A stretch of 64,000 nucleotides of DNA, taken from positions 1,972,458 to 2,036,457 of the forward strand of contig NC_068989.1 in NCBI RefSeq assembly GCF_001194135.2, given 5' to 3'. Made by a program: the position numbers and the translations under genes. This stretch comes from Octopus bimaculoides (taxonomy: Eukaryota). Under the pieces are notes generated by a model. That model was not told where the DNA came from. It did not search any database and worked only from the letters and a program-made list of their open reading frames with translations. This document shows positions 60,052-64,000 of the stretch, piece after piece (position 1 is the first letter of the stretch; each line of letters begins with the position of its first letter).

Positions 60052-62346
60052 NNNNNNNNNNNNNNNNNNNNNNNNNNNNNNNNNNNNNNNNNNNNNNNNN
60101 NNNNNNNNNNNNNNNNNNNNNNNGGCTTATTTCAGTTTCCGTCTACCAAATCCACTCACAAGGCTTTGGTCGGCCCGAGGCTATAGCAGAAGACACTTGC
60201 CCGAAACTGAACCCGGAACCATGTGGTTGGGAAGCAAGCTTCTTACCACACAGCCATTCCTGCGCCTATGGAGTCATAATTTTAACAGAATTATTTCTTT
60301 TGACTTTCATATTTCTTTGTGAAGAGATCGTATCAATAGCTTTATATTGCTGGAAATTATACTCTGGGAGGGATGGAGGAGAAAATACAATCTTGGCTGT
60401 GTATAAGCTCTGTATGGCCAGGCGCCGAACTAGACAGTTGAACTTACATAGAAATCATTGTCTTACAGTAGAACGTCTTTCTGTTTATATCGACCACGAA
60501 TATCCTGAAGGCGTTAAATGATACTTGCAATAAAATAAAGATAACCACAGATATAACAACATTTCCATAAACACGATCATTCATTCGGTCATCCGGAAAC
60601 GGACGACTCTATTACTGTTCCATTACATAATATTTACTCTCTCTCTCTTTCTTTCTCCCCCTCTCTCTCTTTCTCTTTACTTTCCTCTTTCTCATACATT
60701 CCTTCATTTTATTTGTTTCTTTCAGTCTATGTATCTGTTATCTCTTACTATTTTTATGAGCTTCTCTCTCTTCCCCCCTCTCTCTCTCTTATCTCCTCCT
60801 CTCTCCATCCCACATTTTCTATTCACTTTTCTCCTTCTTTCTTCATTATACAGTTTTATTGCTTTCAATAACTCAGAAGTGTTTTTGAAATGTGCAGAAA
60901 TAACGTTGTGACTTGGTTGGTCAGTGAGATTTCTCTACAGCAAGTTTTGTTTTGTTTTTGCTCATTAATATACACCCAGATATTGGTGATAAACTATGAT
61001 ATGGTTCTAATTGCATACATCACAAAAAAAAACAACAACAAAGAACACACAAAAACCAAAACCAAAAACACTTCTCTGAAAGCAGACTTTGAGCTCAGGA
61101 AATTAGAGACCTACACACTGATTATTTAGTTGTGTTTCTTTATATCGTTAGTGTAAACACTACCAGTGTTTATCTCATTTTTCGTCATTTCGTATTCTAT
61201 GAAACAACGATTCTAAGACATCTCTATAAATTTGTGACATTTGCATCAAAGTAAGAAAGCAATGGCAGCGTCTTGTATCCAAGCAAACTATAATGAGAAA
61301 GAGTTAAGTTCTTGGCCAATCGAAACTGGAATTCGGTTTCGATTTTCAAGTTATTGAAAGCCACATCATTATCTGTTGTTTAACGAGTTTGATTCCGGTT
61401 GCTTTACCAACCATCGTCTTTCAACAATCCGGATTGTTACCTGGTAAATTTATAACAACAAGCTAACCTCAGCATCTTACCTGACATATTGAGAATGAAT
61501 CTCAGAAAAGGCTTATATCAGGAACCGTTTTGTTGAGCTGCTACGCTGGACACTGCGAACCAGTGCCTTCTTGCGAAAATGATTTTGTTGTTGACAAAAG
61601 GCCAGGCGCTTACAGACCCTATTAGAGTCATCTTGAACGAATGACCATCTTTATTATTTTGAATGACAAAGACAACGGATTCTCTTGAGTAACAAGTAGA
61701 GCTGTTGGCTTTGCACGAAGAAATGTTTTCCTGATTTACTACGCGGGAGACAGGAAGGCTATCCTGGAGTAATCTAGGAACATAACCTCTTCATTAAAGA
61801 GTATTGAAACAAATGAACAAAGCTGAAAGTCGGTTCCCAAATGAATTTTACAGAAACTGAGCAATTCCTGATAAGGAGTCATAGTACATACACACTGCCA
61901 TCTACTGTTCTGGCTTTGCTCTATTCTCTAAGACTGATGCAGGCCCTCTTTGGGAAAGATCAACCCATACCCAAGAATCTGGTGCCTGATCACTGGTTAC
62001 TTGAAACTTACCGATGCCTCTTTGGCGTTTGCTGATTACTGACAGAAATTTACCAGTCGAGAAGAGAAAAGAAAGGCCGTTAATGATGAAGGTCTCATCT
62101 TTTCTCTACTATTCGTCTCTTGTCGCTCAGGAGACCATGAAGACTTTAATGCAGATATAAAGAGTTGTATGGAAAAGTCAGCTGGTTCAAAAAATAATTT
62201 GTCAATCTACTTCATTTTGGTTAATATAGAAAGGATTGAGGTAACTCCTCCTGAAGATATAGAGTCAAAATTAAAAGAAGAGTGCCCCTGTTATCTAGTG
62301 AACGATATTTCGACATCTCGTGTGTCTTCAACTGGTGCAAAAAATA

Positions 62347-62540
62347 AATAATAATCTTGAGAAGTACGTGGAACAAATAGGGGCTGCAATAAGGGTGGAG
62401 CACTTGCAGAAAACAGCACTGCTTGGAACCACTCGAATACTCCGGAAGGTGCTCGAGAAATAAGGGGTATTACCTTAGTTCAATGGTAGTGAACAGCTGG
62501 CACCGTAGTACATCTCCAGTGTTAGAAGCTGTGCAAAGGC
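62347..62540 (+). mobile_element. 3' end of an R4/Dong-type RLE non-LTR retrotransposon (family 1)
   Basis: NNLEKYVEQIGAAIRVEHLQKTALLGTTRILRKVLEK-TAA (62461-62463), short 3' UTR, then (AAT)24. Confidence 0.7.

Positions 62541-62612
<72 letters not shown>
62541..62612. repeat. (AAT)24 microsatellite
   Basis: Perfect 72-nt tract between two RLE-LINE ends. Confidence 0.95.
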
Positions 62613-62613
<1 letters not shown>

Positions 62614-63028
62614 GATATAGTTGTCAAAGATCACGAAGAAAAAAAATGCTTTCTAATTGATGTATCAATACCAGCAGATGACAACGTTTCTCTAAAAGAA
62701 ATGGAAAAACTTTCAAAATACAAAGACCTGGAAATAGAGATAACTCGAATGTGGAATCTAAAAACAGAAACAATTCCTATCATAGTAGGTGCCTTAGGTA
62801 TAATAAAAAAATATTCAGACAAATACATAACAAAAATACCAGGACTTACAAATATATATAACATACAGAAAATTGCACTACTGGGTACTGCACACATCCT
62901 ATGTAAAACACTTTCAATACAGTAAACATAAGAGCACCACAGCAAACCACAGCACATACCCAAGGCGCACAGAGCTGCGCTCGGTAGTGAAGTGAAAGCA
63001 CGTTATAAAAATAAAATTACTGAACAAC
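62613..63028 (+). mobile_element. 5'-truncated R4/Dong-type RLE non-LTR retrotransposon (family 2)
   Basis: Open frame DIVVKDHEEKKCFLIDVSIP...EKLSKYKDLEIEITRMWNLKTETIPIIVGALG...IQKIALLGTAHIL to the stop at 62925, a PD-(D/E)xK RLE domain; flanked by AAT repeats on both sides. Confidence 0.8.
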
Positions 63029-64000
63029 AATAATAATAATAATAATAAAAACGAGAGAAGACAATTATCACAGTTTGAATGCCTTTAATTATAAACTTAA
63101 TTAATGAAGACAAATAGAGGCTAAGCGTTAAAAAGCTCGTCAACTTCAGCACATGATGATTAGAATTCATTTTAACGACTACAAAAGCGTTTATAAGAAA
63201 GTCAGCTACAGCACGATTCGAACCTAGAACCACAAAGAACAAACATGTAAAAGCCATTCCGGTGATGTACTTTAGTGGATGTCTCAATGTACCGTGAAAC
63301 CGTTGTCTACATGATAGTTACATCGTCTAAGTATCTCATTTGTGTTTATCTTTCTTGTTTATTTGACTTTTATGTTTGCCTCTTTGAGTTAAATGCTTTT
63401 AATCAAATATTTATTGTAGTTATGCGAGTGGATGTTTGTATTTGTGCACGAATATCTATGGAAGTATAAATGTTTAATATATATATGTATATAAACATAC
63501 CAGAAACTATGCATGCACGAAATAACACATACGTACACACACACACACACACACACATATACTTATACCTTTAATGTGTGCACGTCTGTGTGTGTGTGTG
63601 TGTGTGGGTTGTGGGTATTTGTGTCGGTGGACCAAGATTCACTAAAAACCTCATATTTTTCTGCTAATTGTTGTTTCTTACCTTCTCTTACACTCACCAC
63701 GTCATCTACATTGTGTGTGACCGTGTATGTATATCTACTCACTCGTAAGAAACAACATGGATGTATGCACGCATGTGTGCATGTATATGTGCATGTATGT
63801 GTGTATGTATGTATGTATGTATGTATGTGTTTGTGTTGGTGTGCGTATGCAGCTACACTAACTTAAAACTTAGTATATTCTGTCCCTGATTTATCGCTTT
63901 CACTCATTCCTTCGTTCAACCCTTTTCTCCACTCTCTCTCGCCTTATTTACACGCACGTATCCTCAGGCACACAAACAAATATATATATATATATATATA

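Noticed and set aside
62541-62612. Regular repeats considered as a CRISPR-like array
   Set aside because: Simple trinucleotide tract in eukaryotic DNA; no repeat-spacer structure anywhere in the window

Overview
Eukaryotic, AT-rich, microsatellite- and retroposon-dense genomic DNA with seven N gaps. The repeat landscape looks like an octopod cephalopod draft assembly (inference). I reconstructed three intron-containing genes exon by exon, all with GT-AG introns and continuous frames. GTDC1/QTMAN (tRNA-queuosine alpha-mannosyltransferase, +, 8 coding exons, 3223-12834, 448 aa). A FAM173B/ATPSCKMT-type lysine methyltransferase (-, 4 coding exons, 17636-22264, 218 aa). NOL10 (-, 19 coding exons, 24749-44682, 708 aa). 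A tRNA-Thr(AGT) lies head-to-head with GTDC1. The rest is about 20 3'-end copies of an RTE LINE, several tRNA-headed SINE families, R4/Dong-type RLE LINE ends in a TAA array, mariner and hAT remnants, and simple repeats. I found no further protein-coding gene in 45-64 kb. The best leads are (1) a repeat family whose reconstructed consensus is a minimal, dimer-type hammerhead ribozyme, once found downstream of a tRNA-like Pol III head, (2) two near-perfect 60-68 bp foldback hairpins in introns, (3) inverted retroposon pairs around NOL10 exons, and (4) two different R4/Dong-like elements stacked in one (AAT)n tract. Homology calls come from recognised motifs, not database searches.
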